DNA of 63,648 nt, the filler included, from Chthonomonadaceae bacterium (GTDB lineage Bacteria > Armatimonadota > Chthonomonadetes > Chthonomonadales > Chthonomonadaceae), in assembly GCA_035650735.1 (NCBI GenBank). It is 4 parts of 4 records of this genome, joined end to end, with 100 filler letters (N's around TTAATTAATTAA, not from the genome) between each part and the next. Parts side by side here need not be neighbours in the genome. Positions count along the whole stretch, not along the records: positions 36,498 to 54,650 come from DASRGZ010000157.1; positions 54,751 to 63,648 come from DASRGZ010000169.1; 2 more parts are not named here. One strand, 5' to 3'. The notes beneath the pieces were generated by a model. That model saw nothing but the letters and a program-made list of their open reading frames with translations, was not told where the DNA came from and made no database searches. Below are positions 52,315 through 61,700 of this stretch, one piece after another (within the stretch, counting starts at the first letter, position 1; every line of letters starts with the position of its first letter). The translations under genes and the position numbers were made by a program.

Positions 52315-54321
52315 CTACGGATTGGCCGTCAGCGTTCCCGTTTTCGTCGTCGGGTTGTTGTTGGTATCTCCGGCAAACGCGACGGTGATAGTATGCGAGC
52401 CTGCGCTGATATTGGCAGGCAGGGTGTAGTCCAGGCGGGCGGCACCGTACTCATTGCTGTCTGCGATGTAGCCGGTCGTGGCGGTACCGATGGTCGTGCC
52501 GTCCAGCTTGAAGGTCAGCGTCCGGTTGTTGAGCTTGACGGAGTGGTCTATGTTGCGGCTAAGCACCCCGTAGAACGCCACCCTCTGGCCGGGCTTGCCG
52601 GAGCGCGGGGTGACGTAGAGGTAGGTATCCGCCTTGCCCACCGTCAGCGTGCCCGTGCCCGTGATGGGGTTGTTGTTGGCGTCCCCGGCGAACTCCACCG
52701 TGATCGTGTGCGCTCCCGCCGTCATGGTGGCAGGCAGGCCATAGTCCAGGCGTGCAGCGCCCATCTCGCCGCTGTTAGCCAGATAGCCTGTGACGGCGGT
52801 GCCGAGGGTCTGGCCGTCCAGCTTGATGGTGAGCAGCTTGTTGTTAAGGTGCGCTCCGTCGGGAATGCGGCTCAATACGCCAAAGAAGGCAGCCGGATAG
52901 CCGGGCAGGCCGGAGCGCGGCGTCACGTAGAGGCGCGTGTCGGCCTTTTGGGTGTAGGTCAGCTTATAGATCGTGCCGCTGTTGTCGTCGGAGATGAGCA
53001 GGTTACCGTCCTGGTCTACGGCAATATCCACGGGACGGCCCCAGGCTTGCTGGGTGGCATCATCAAGCCAGCCGTTCACCAGATCGATCTGGCCGCCGGG
53101 CAACTGGGTGGTGCGGTCCCAGGGGAAATAGATGACCTTGTAGCCCGTGCGCCGCTGCCGGTTCCACGAGCCGTGCAGGCCGACGAGGGCGCCCTCTTTG
53201 TAGAGGGCCGGAAACGGCGTATCCTGCAGAAGCAGCAATCCTAATGGGGCCGAGTGCGCCTGAATGCCTTTGGTGATGCGGTCAAAGGTGTTGACATTGA
53301 AGACGCTGCCATCCCGGTTGTTGTCATAGTCCGGGTCGAAGGGCATGGAGTCCATGCCGCTCGATGTATCGGGGTTGGGATTGGCGAACGGCCAGCCGTA
53401 GTTGCCGCCGTCCCGAACGCGCGTGAACTCATCGGGCGGGTGGTTATCTACATAGTCGGGCACGACCTGGCCGTAGTAGCCGGTGGAATCGTTATAGGGA
53501 TAGCGAATGTTGTCGCGATTGTTGACCACCACCCAGAGTTGATTCGTTCCCGGCAGGACCGCCAGTCCCTCCGCATTACGCAGGCCCCGCGCGAAGAGCC
53601 GCCCGTTGGTGCCGTCGGCATTGTAGATATAGATGGAGGCGCGCACCGGATCAGCGGTCGTGTCGGCGGCAGAGGCGTTGGTGGCCGAGCCAATGGAGAC
53701 GTAGAGGTTGTGGCTGGCGTCCAGCGCAATGTTTTTCAATTCGTGGCCGTACCCTCCGGGAGTGGAGACGCTATCGGGCAGACCGGTAACCACGATCTCG
53801 CGGTTTTGGGCCGCCGTATCCCCCGGATGGTAAATGTAACGATTGATCTGGTGGGTCTCCGCGATATAAACGTAGGTCGTCTGGCCGATGGCGTGGAAAA
53901 CAATATCATGGGGCCTGCGCAGGCCGGTCGCAAAGTCGAAGAGGCTGGGGTCGCCTCCAGTCGGATTGGGCCGGACGAGTATCACTTTGCCCGCACCCGG
54001 CTGGGAGACGAGCAGGTCGCCGCTAGGGGCAATCGCCATGAAGCGCGCTCCGCTGATGCGCGCGTAGACTGCGATGGTGAAGTTGGGCGGCACATTCAGG
54101 TAGCGGTCGGCATCAAACGGAAACGCGCGCATACTCGCCGGTACCTGCACCTTGACTGACACCGAGGCGCCCGGAGGCGGAGCGCTCTGAGCGCACGCCG
54201 CTTCCCAGGAAAGCGCCCCGATCCTGTCGCCCCTGGAAAAACGGGCGGGATGCAGCGAGGAAAGGCAGAACAACGCCATACTCATCAAGAATACAACGAG
54301 GGGACGGAAACAGGTTCCCAT
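52315..54321 (-). CDS. Secreted PQQ-dependent sugar/sorbosone dehydrogenase with two C-terminal Ig-like repeats
   Basis: GLRNAEG, NYGWP, AHSAPLG, HGSWN, GRPVD, ISDD; duplicated KADT.LYVTPRSG...HTITV.FAGD domain. Confidence 0.85.
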   Translation of the reverse strand: MGTCFRPLVVFLMSMALFCLSSLHPARFSRGDRIGALSWEAACAQSAPPPGASVSVKVQVPASMRAFPFDADRYLNVPPNFTIAVYARISGARFMAIAPSGDLLVSQPGAGKVILVRPNPTGGDPSLFDFATGLRRPHDIVFHAIGQTTYVYIAETHQINRYIYHPGDTAAQNREIVVTGLPDSVSTPGGYGHELKNIALDASHNLYVSIGSATNASAADTTADPVRASIYIYNADGTNGRLFARGLRNAEGLAVLPGTNQLWVVVNNRDNIRYPYNDSTGYYGQVVPDYVDNHPPDEFTRVRDGGNYGWPFANPNPDTSSGMDSMPFDPDYDNNRDGSVFNVNTFDRITKGIQAHSAPLGLLLLQDTPFPALYKEGALVGLHGSWNRQRRTGYKVIYFPWDRTTQLPGGQIDLVNGWLDDATQQAWGRPVDIAVDQDGNLLISDDNSGTIYKLTYTQKADTRLYVTPRSGLPGYPAAFFGVLSRIPDGAHLNNKLLTIKLDGQTLGTAVTGYLANSGEMGAARLDYGLPATMTAGAHTITVEFAGDANNNPITGTGTLTVGKADTYLYVTPRSGKPGQRVAFYGVLSRNIDHSVKLNNRTLTFKLDGTTIGTATTGYIADSNEYGAARLDYTLPANISAGSHTITVAFAGDTNNNPTTKTGTLTANP

Positions 54322-54497
54322 CGAATCGTCTCCTTCCTGTGCAGCAGGCGGCACAGAGAGCAAAACTTCTGCGCGTGTGATTGAAATAGTGGGTACGAGA
54401 GGAGCCAGGCAATTTCCTGCCCGACTGCATTCGTGTGATTGGAAACTAAGACGGAGCAGGCAAACGTTAAGTTCCGTTGAAACGGCAGCCAGCCGGT

Positions 54498-54650
54498 TTA
54501 GCGCGGGGTAAAAAGAGCGCGGCGCAGTTCGTCCGGGGTGTCGCAGAGAAAGCCGGGGCACTCGGCGGCCAGGAGGGCGCGCGGGGCCGCGCCCCAGGTG
54601 ACGCCGATGGCGCGTATGCCGGCGGCGCGGGCGGCGCGCATATCGTGTAT
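54498..54650 (-). CDS. HAD-family hydrolase, C-terminus (cut by gap)
   Basis: Translated by hand: HDMRAARAAGIRAIGVTWG...P.FLCDTPDEL*. Confidence 0.75.
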   Translation of the reverse strand: MHDMRAARAAGIRAIGVTWGAAPRALLAAECPGFLCDTPDELRRALFTPR

Positions 54651-54750
54651 NNNNNNNNNNNNNNNNNNNNNNNNNNNNNNNNNNNNNNNNNNNNTTAATT
54701 AATTAANNNNNNNNNNNNNNNNNNNNNNNNNNNNNNNNNNNNNNNNNNNN
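54651..54750. other. Assembly gap / artificial contig linker
   Basis: N-run with TTAATTAATTAA. Confidence 0.99.
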
Positions 54751-55062
54751 TAGGCAGCAGGGCTGCCCCTAGAGAACGATGGTGACGCCCCTGGCGTTGT
54801 CAACGGGTATTCTGCCCGCGTCGGTGTCGCAAGGCGGAGGGCCGAATTATTGCAGGCCCGACCCTGGCAGTCAGCATGATCTCTGCCCACGTAGGTGGGC
54901 AGCGGGCCGCAGGCCCCACAGCGGCAGGGTTTAGCCTGCCGAAAGAGATGCGAATAGGAGCAAAATCGAGCAGGAGATTGCGAGGCAGGTACGAATACGG
55001 AATGGCGAGAAACGCAACCATCCGTTGGAGAGGGCTCGGTCGAGCCAGAAAGGAGCCTGGGT

Positions 55063-55356
55063 ATGCCTACCTACGTCGTGCTCTACAAATTCACCGATGA
55101 AGGGGCCAAAAACATCAAATCCACGGTGGAGCGGTCCGAACAAATCCGCGCGGACAACGAGCAGCGTGGCTTTAAAATCCACGGGATCTACTGGACGCAG
55201 GGGCCGTATGATGTGGTGGTCGTTATCGAGGCGCCCGATGAACAGGCCATGATGGCCGGTCTCTTCAATATCGCGGCGGCCGGTAATGTTCGCAGCCTGA
55301 CCATGCGCGCCTTTACCGTCGAGGAGATGCGCCAGATCATCCAGAAGATGGGTTAG
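55063..55356 (+). CDS. GYD domain protein
   Basis: MPTYVVL.KFT..G, YWTQGPYDVV, GNVRSLT.RAF. Confidence 0.9.
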   Translation: MPTYVVLYKFTDEGAKNIKSTVERSEQIRADNEQRGFKIHGIYWTQGPYDVVVVIEAPDEQAMMAGLFNIAAAGNVRSLTMRAFTVEEMRQIIQKMG

Positions 55357-55476
55357 CCTCCTTGCGCCGGGCCGGAGAGCCGGAGTCCGCTTTTCTGGCC
55401 CGAATAGAGGCGTTAGCCCTGCTTACGCCAGGTCGGAGAGGCAAGGGCGGGCGGAGTGGGCCGGGATGCCCCGCGC

Positions 55477-56727
55477 CTATGCGGTTGCCTGTGGCGCGGA
55501 AACGGGCATCACGAGGGTCACGAGCCCGCCCCCTTCGGGGTGGTTTGTATAGCAGATATGTCCGTTCAAATCCAGCCGACTCAAGTTTTCCACCAGCTCC
55601 AGCCCGGTATTGGCTGAGCGCGCCGGATCGAAGTCGGCCGGAAACCCGGGGCCGTCATCGCGCACGGTTAATGTAGCCGTCTCGCCCTGCACGACCCAGG
55701 AAACCTCCACCGCGCCCTGGCCGTGCTTGAGGGCGTTGCTCACCAGCTCGTTAGTCACCAGGGCCAGGGAGGTGCCCTGCCGCGCGGTCAGGTTGGCCTC
55801 ATTCAGCCCCAGCGATACCAGGCGGCCCGCAGAGGTCGCCTGCAGCATGGATATCAGCTTCTCCAGGACCTCGCGGGCGGAGACAAACTGCGCCTGTCCG
55901 TCCATTTTGGCCTGGTGGGTTAGGATCTCATGCACCGCCGCCAGCGTGCGCACATAGCTGCTCAGCCGTTTGATTTCTTGAATGCCGATGTTGGGCTTGC
56001 CGTCCATCAGAAGCATATCCATCATCGCGGAGATGATCTGGAGGTTATTCTTGACACGGTGATGGGTTTCGGTCATGGCCTGCTGCAGCCGCGCGTTGAG
56101 CGCTTCGATGTGCGCCTGATGCAGGGCCAGAACCTCCTGCGCCCGTTTGCGCTCGGCGACCTCGTTCTTAAGCTCCAGGTTGGCCACTTGCAGGGCGGCC
56201 GTGCGCTCGGCGACCCGCCGCTCCAGATCCCGGTTAAGCTTGCGCACCTCCTCTTCGGCCTGCTTGCGCCGCGTGATCTCCTCCTGCAGCTCTTTGGTCT
56301 TCCGGGATAGCTCCACAAACGCGCCGACCTTGGCCTTGAGCACGGCCGGATCGAAGGGCTTGAAGACGTAATCCACCGCGCCCACGGAATAGCCCTGGCT
56401 GACATGGCTATCGCTTTTGTTAATGGCGGTCAGGAAGACAATCGGCGTGTTCTGAGAGCGCTCGCGCGACCGGATGAGCGTGGCCGTCTCAAACCCGTTC
56501 ATCTCCGGCATCTGCACGTCCAGCAGGATGACGGCAAACTCCTCCTTCAGCACGTGCTTGAGCGCCTCTCGACCGGAATGGGCCTTCACCAGGTTCTGGC
56601 CCAGGTCGGCCAGCACCGACTCCAGAGCCACCAGGTTCTCTGGACGGTCGTCCACAAGCAGAATGTTCATCTTATCCTCAACTGGCATGGTCATTACCCT
56701 TGCGCGCCTTTCAGGGTTGGTCAACAT
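55477..56727 (-). CDS. Response regulator fused to HisKA_2-type histidine kinase
   Basis: REC (LLVDD, LLDVQMP, FKP), ETHHRVKNNLQ, NELVSNALKH, DDGPG. Confidence 0.92.
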   Translation of the reverse strand: MLTNPERRARVMTMPVEDKMNILLVDDRPENLVALESVLADLGQNLVKAHSGREALKHVLKEEFAVILLDVQMPEMNGFETATLIRSRERSQNTPIVFLTAINKSDSHVSQGYSVGAVDYVFKPFDPAVLKAKVGAFVELSRKTKELQEEITRRKQAEEEVRKLNRDLERRVAERTAALQVANLELKNEVAERKRAQEVLALHQAHIEALNARLQQAMTETHHRVKNNLQIISAMMDMLLMDGKPNIGIQEIKRLSSYVRTLAAVHEILTHQAKMDGQAQFVSAREVLEKLISMLQATSAGRLVSLGLNEANLTARQGTSLALVTNELVSNALKHGQGAVEVSWVVQGETATLTVRDDGPGFPADFDPARSANTGLELVENLSRLDLNGHICYTNHPEGGGLVTLVMPVSAPQATA

Positions 56728-57325
56728 CGGGCCTGGCGCTCCTTATAGGGGCTAGATGCGGCTTGCGCGCACAAAGCCGGACCAGAAACGGGCCGATCTC
56801 GTCCAGGGGCAGCACATAATCGGCTGCGCCGCGCTCAATAACGGTGCGCGGCATCAGCGGACTTTCCGCCGTAGCCGGGTCTTGCGCGATCACCAGCCCG
56901 CCCTGCGCCCTGATCACGGCGGCACCGTTGGCCCCGTCGTGGCTGGCCCCGGTCAGCACCACCCCGATAACCCGCTCGGCGTAGGCGTCCGCCGCCGACT
57001 CAAAGAGAACATCAATGGAGGGGCGCGCATATCCGACAGGCGCATCCGTCGTCAGCGCGAAGGCACTCTCCTCAATCAGCAGATGATAGTCGGCAGGGGC
57101 AATATAGACGTAGCCGGGTCGGATGGCCTCCTTGTCCTCGGGCTCGCGCACCGCCAGGGCGCTGTGGCGGCGCAGCACCGCCGCCAACGCCGCCCCCGAG
57201 TCCGCGCTGCGATGCTGCACCACCACCAGCGGCAGCGGAAAATCGGCAGGGAACGCGGGCAGCAAGATCTCCAGCGCGCTCAGCCCGCCCCAGGAGGTGC
57301 CTACCACGATCAGCGCATACGCCAT
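56711..57325 (-). CDS. cheB: CheB-type methylesterase (stand-alone)
   Basis: GTSWGG, VVQH, RPSIDVLFES, LTGASHDGA. Confidence 0.92.
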   Translation of the reverse strand: MAYALIVVGTSWGGLSALEILLPAFPADFPLPLVVVQHRSADSGAALAAVLRRHSALAVREPEDKEAIRPGYVYIAPADYHLLIEESAFALTTDAPVGYARPSIDVLFESAADAYAERVIGVVLTGASHDGANGAAVIRAQGGLVIAQDPATAESPLMPRTVIERGAADYVLPLDEIGPFLVRLCARKPHLAPIRSARPDVDQP

Positions 57326-58228
57326 TTATTGAATCCGCCGATAGAGCTTAATGCCTGCCTCCAACTGCTGGTAGCACGGCTCCTGCGGCATAAACTGCAG
57401 TGATTCCTTGCTCCCCAGGCCCAGAATCCCGAACATCGCCAGGCTGTCGTAGAGCAGCTGGTGAACGCGCTGCTGCAGGGGCCGCGCAAAGTAGATCAGG
57501 ACGTTGCGGCACAGGATGACGTGGAACTCATTAAAAGAGCTATCTGCCGTCAGGTTATGCTGCGAGAAGATGATGTTCTCCTTGAGTGCGCTGCGAAAGA
57601 TCGCGCTGCCATAGGCCGCCGTATAATAGTCGGCAAAGGACTTCTTGCCGCCCGCCTTGCTGTAGTTGGCTGCATAACGGTCGGCCAGATCCAGGCCGAA
57701 AATGCCCTCCTTCGCCTGCTTGAGAACGGCCTCGTCCATGTCCGTCGCGTAGATGCGGCATCGGTCATACAGGCCCTCCTCCTGGAGCAGGATCGCCATC
57801 GAGTAGACCTCTTCGCCGGTCGAGCAGCCCGCGTGCCAGATGCGCACAAAAGGATACGTGCGCAGCAGCGGCACCACCTGTTGGCGGAACGCCAGGAAAA
57901 ACGGCGGATCGCGAAAGACCGCGGTGACGTTGACCGTCAGCGCCAGCAGAAACCGGCGCATAGCGGCCGGGTCGTGCAGCACTTTCTCCTGCAGGCCCGA
58001 GATCGTGGTCACTCCCTCTGCGCGCCGTATGTTCTCCACGCGGCGCTTGAGCGAGGCATACGCATATTCCCGGAAGTCGTAGCCGTAGTGGTGGTAGATG
58101 GCTTCCAGCAGCAGGTGGATCTCTAACTTCTCCAGTTCGCTGTTGCGTTTCTCCGGCAGCTCTTCGGTCTGTTGTATGGCAGGTACCATGAATCCTTGCA
58201 TGGCCGGGCCGAGAAACGACCCGGCCAC
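57326..58228 (-). CDS. cheR: CheR-type methyltransferase
   Basis: RIWHAGCSTGEEVYS, ILCRNVLIYF. Confidence 0.93.
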   Translation of the reverse strand: MAGSFLGPAMQGFMVPAIQQTEELPEKRNSELEKLEIHLLLEAIYHHYGYDFREYAYASLKRRVENIRRAEGVTTISGLQEKVLHDPAAMRRFLLALTVNVTAVFRDPPFFLAFRQQVVPLLRTYPFVRIWHAGCSTGEEVYSMAILLQEEGLYDRCRIYATDMDEAVLKQAKEGIFGLDLADRYAANYSKAGGKKSFADYYTAAYGSAIFRSALKENIIFSQHNLTADSSFNEFHVILCRNVLIYFARPLQQRVHQLLYDSLAMFGILGLGSKESLQFMPQEPCYQQLEAGIKLYRRIQ

Positions 58229-58244
58229 AGGGCATCCTCTTCAT

Positions 58245-58748
58245 CCCAACGGGGGTGCAGGGGGTGGAAGCCCCCTTGCTTTAGCCATGGGGAGTAGTAC
58301 CCCCTGCAAACCTCCCGCCTCGCATAACTTAGCGGTTCTCTATCTGCCTTTGTACTTCGGTAGACACTCCCAGCCGTGTGGATCAATCTCACGCAGCCTG
58401 CTGCTGAGGAGATACGTCCACACCGTTGGGAGGGATTACCTGTACTTCTGGCACGGAACTTGCAGCCAAGTAGTTGTACCTTGAAAACTAAACAATTGCC
58501 GGTTGTCGGAGGGAAGCGTCTCCGGCGTAAAACTGTTTGCGTCGGCAGTCCTACGAGGCTGCTGTTCGCTTCCTTCGCGAAACCCAAGCAAGGAAGCCAA
58601 GAACGTATTCAGTTACGACTGCAATACAAGGTGGCGCAGGGAAGAGGCACCACCTTAAAAACGCTCGTGGAGTCCTCATAAGCCCTGAGACTTCAGGCTA
58701 GGGACGAGGAAACGAGAAGCCCCTCGCGTTAGCGATGGGGTACTTCAC
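58245..58748 (+). mobile_element. Non-autonomous IS200/IS605-family element (504 bp, no ORF)
   Basis: Left-end hairpin GAAGCCCCCTTGCTTTAGCCATGGGG; right end GAAGCCCCTCGCGTTAGCGATGGGGTACTTCAC; preceded by TTCAT; excision restores the kinase CAA-TGA. Confidence 0.85.
58359..58440. mobile_element. 82-bp MITE, copy 2 (nested)
   Basis: 8-bp TSD TGTACTTC (58351-58358 and 58441-58448). Confidence 0.9.
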
Positions 58749-58764
58749 TGGTAGAGCCAGACGC
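58630..58764 (+). ncRNA. TnpB omegaRNA (reRNA) scaffold plus flank-derived guide
   Basis: GGTGGC..GGGAA..CACCTTAAA..CGCTCGTGGAG..GAGAA..TTAG..TTCAC is colinear with the ISDra2 reRNA as recalled; the guide would start at 58749. Confidence 0.8.
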
Positions 58765-61700
58765 GCAGCAGCGAAAGCAACTGCTCGGTATCTACCGGCT
58801 TAGCGATATAGTCGGAGGCGCCCGCCTCAATGCAGGTTTCGCGGTCGCCTTTCATCGCCTTGGCGGTCAGCGCGATAATGGGCAGCGACTTAAACCGCTT
58901 CTGCTTGCGAATCTCGCGCGTCGTCTCGTACCCGTCCATTTCGGGCATCATCACATCCATCAGGACGATATCCACGTCTGGCGTGTTCTCCAAAATTTCA
59001 ATGCCGTCGCGGCCGTTCTCGGCATAGAGAACCTGCATGTGGTGATGCTCCAGCAGGCTGGTCAGCGCGAAGATATTGCGGATGTCGTCGTCAATGATGA
59101 GGGCTTTTTTGCCCGAGAGGACCGGATCGTTGAGGCGCACCTGATCGAGCATCTGCCGCTGCGTCTGCGGCAGGTTATCCTGCACGCGATGCAGGAACAG
59201 GGTCGTCTCCTCCAGCAGCCGCTCCGGCGATTTGACATCCTTGACGATGATGGTATCCGCCACGCGCCGCAGCTCCGTCTCCTGCTTGCGGGTCAGGCTC
59301 TTGGCCGTGTAGATGATGATGGGCAGGTTGGACAACTGCAGGTCCTTACGGATGCGCTCGATCAGCGCAAACCCCGTCATGTCCGGCAGGCCCAGGTCCA
59401 GCACCATACAGTCGAACGGCTCGGCCTGGAGCGCCGCCAGGGCCTCCTCGCCGGTGCTGACAGCGATTGTCTTGACGTCGCCGTTGCCGATCAGCTCGAC
59501 GATGCTATTGCGCTGAACCTCATCGTCTTCGACCACGAGCAGGCGTTTGACTTTGCGTTCCACAAAGCTCTTGATGGTCGCCAGCGCCTCCTCCACCGCT
59601 TCCCGAGTGACCGGCTTATTGAGATAGGCAATGGCTCCCTGCCGCAGGCCGCGCTGCCGCTCCTCCACGCCCGAGATGATGTGAATGGGAATGTGGCGGG
59701 TGCGCGGATCGTGCTTCAGGCGATCCAGGACGGCCCAGCCGTCCACGTCGGGCAGGCGAATATCGAGCGTGATGGCATGGATCGGGAACTGCCGGGCCAG
59801 GATCGGAACCGCTTCGCCTCGGGCGGTGACGATCCCCTTGAAGCCCTTGGCGCGCGCTAGATCCAGCAGGATGCGCGCGAAGGCCGGATCGTCCTCGACG
59901 ATCAGCAGCACCTGATCGCCGGCCTGAATATCGCTGCGGTCATCGGCGACATCGCCGGGCGCCAGCAGGCTCGGATCGGCCGCTGGCGTGACGAGCACGG
60001 CCGTCTGCGGACGCGGCGCGGCGGTCACGGTCACGGTCGTGGCGCCGGAGCCCGCAGCGGCGTTGGCGGAGAGGCTGGCACCGCCCGCGCTGCCCCCGCC
60101 GCCGGTTCCGGTTTCTCCGCCTTCCCCGCCGGGTCCGACATGGACGACCGCCGAAGTCGGCAGCCCCGCCGACGGCGCGGTTCCGGCTGGCACGAACTCC
60201 TGAGGCAGGTAGAGCGTGAAGGTGCTGCCCTGCCCCGGCGCGCTGACCAGCTTGATCTCGCCGCCCAGCAGCGTGGCGATCTCGCGGCTGATGGACAGGC
60301 CCAGGCCCGTGCCGCCGTATTTGCGGCTTGTGGTGCCGTCTCCCTGCTGGAAGGCTTCAAAGACCAGGCGCTGCCGATGGGGCGGAATGCCGATGCCAGT
60401 ATCGCTGACGCAGAAGGCGATCACGCGGTCGGCCTCATTCAGGAGCTTCTGATCGCGGCTCCAGCCCTCGGTGGCGGTGCGCATCTGCAGAGTCACCTGG
60501 CCCTGCTCGGTGAACTTAATGGCGTTCGAGAGCAGGTTCCGCAGGACTTGCTGCAAGCGCTGCTGATCCGTGCGCAGGGTGGGGGGCAGCTCTGGATCTA
60601 GTTCGATGCTAAAGTTCAGCCCCTTATCCTGGGCCACTTCGCGGAAGTTGCGGTCAATGTGGTCGCTCAGGGCCGTGAACGGCACATCGGAAATGTGCAG
60701 CTCCATCGTGCCGGACTCGATCTTGGCTAGGTCGAGGATCTCGTTTATCAGCGAGAGCAGGTCGTTGCCGGAGGAGTGGATGGTCGTGGCGTAATCTACC
60801 TGCTTGGGCGTCAGGTTGCCCTCGCCGTTCTCGGACAGCATCCGGGAGAGGATCAGCATGCTGTTGAGCGGCGTGCGCAGCTCGTGGGACATATTGGCCA
60901 GGAACTCCGATTTGTACTTGGAGGTCAGCGCCAACTGCTCGGCCTTCTCTTCCAGCTCCTGCCGCGCCAGCTCGATCTGGCGATTCTTGCGCTCCACTTC
61001 CCGGTTCTGCTCGGAGAGCAGTTGGGCCTTCTCTTCCAGCTCTTCGTTGGTCTGTTGCAGCTCTTCCTGCTGCTGGCGCAGCAGCTCTTCGGAGGCTTGC
61101 AGGGATTTGGCCTGCTGCTCCAGGCGGCGGTTGGTCTCCTGAAGCTCTTCCTGCTGCTTTTGCAGCTCCTGCGTCAGCGACTGCGACTGCTTGAGCAGCT
61201 CTTCCGTGCGCATCGTGGCCGCCAGGGTGTTGAGGACGATGCCGATGCTCTCGGTGAGTTGATCCAGGAAGGTGAGGTGGATCTGGCTGAACTTGTTAAA
61301 CGAAGCTAGTTCCATCACCGCCAGCACGTCGCCCTCAAAGACGATGGGCAGCACCACAATATTGCGCGGCGCGGCCTCGCCCAGCCCGGAACTGACTTTA
61401 ATATAGTCGTCCGGCACTTCGGAAAGCAGGATGCGCTGCTTCTCCAGGACGCACTGCCCGACTAGCCCCTCACCGGGGCGGAAGCGGTTGGAAAGATGCT
61501 TGCGCTCCTGGTAGCCATAGCTGGCCAGCAGCTTCATCACCGCCTCGCCGTCGGCGCTATCCTTGATATAGAAGACGCCGGCCTGTTCGGAGACTAGCGG
61601 GGCCAGTTCCGAGAGGATGAGACGGGCGACCGTGAGCAGATCGCGCTGGCCTTGCAGCAGGCGAGTGAACCGGGCCACGTTGGTCTTGAGCCAGTCCTGC

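Noticed and set aside
58245..58748. Group I intron/IStron or IscB-type omegaRNA on the minus strand
   Set aside because: No recognisable group I core or U at the 5' splice site; the plus-strand 3' end fits a TnpB reRNA better.
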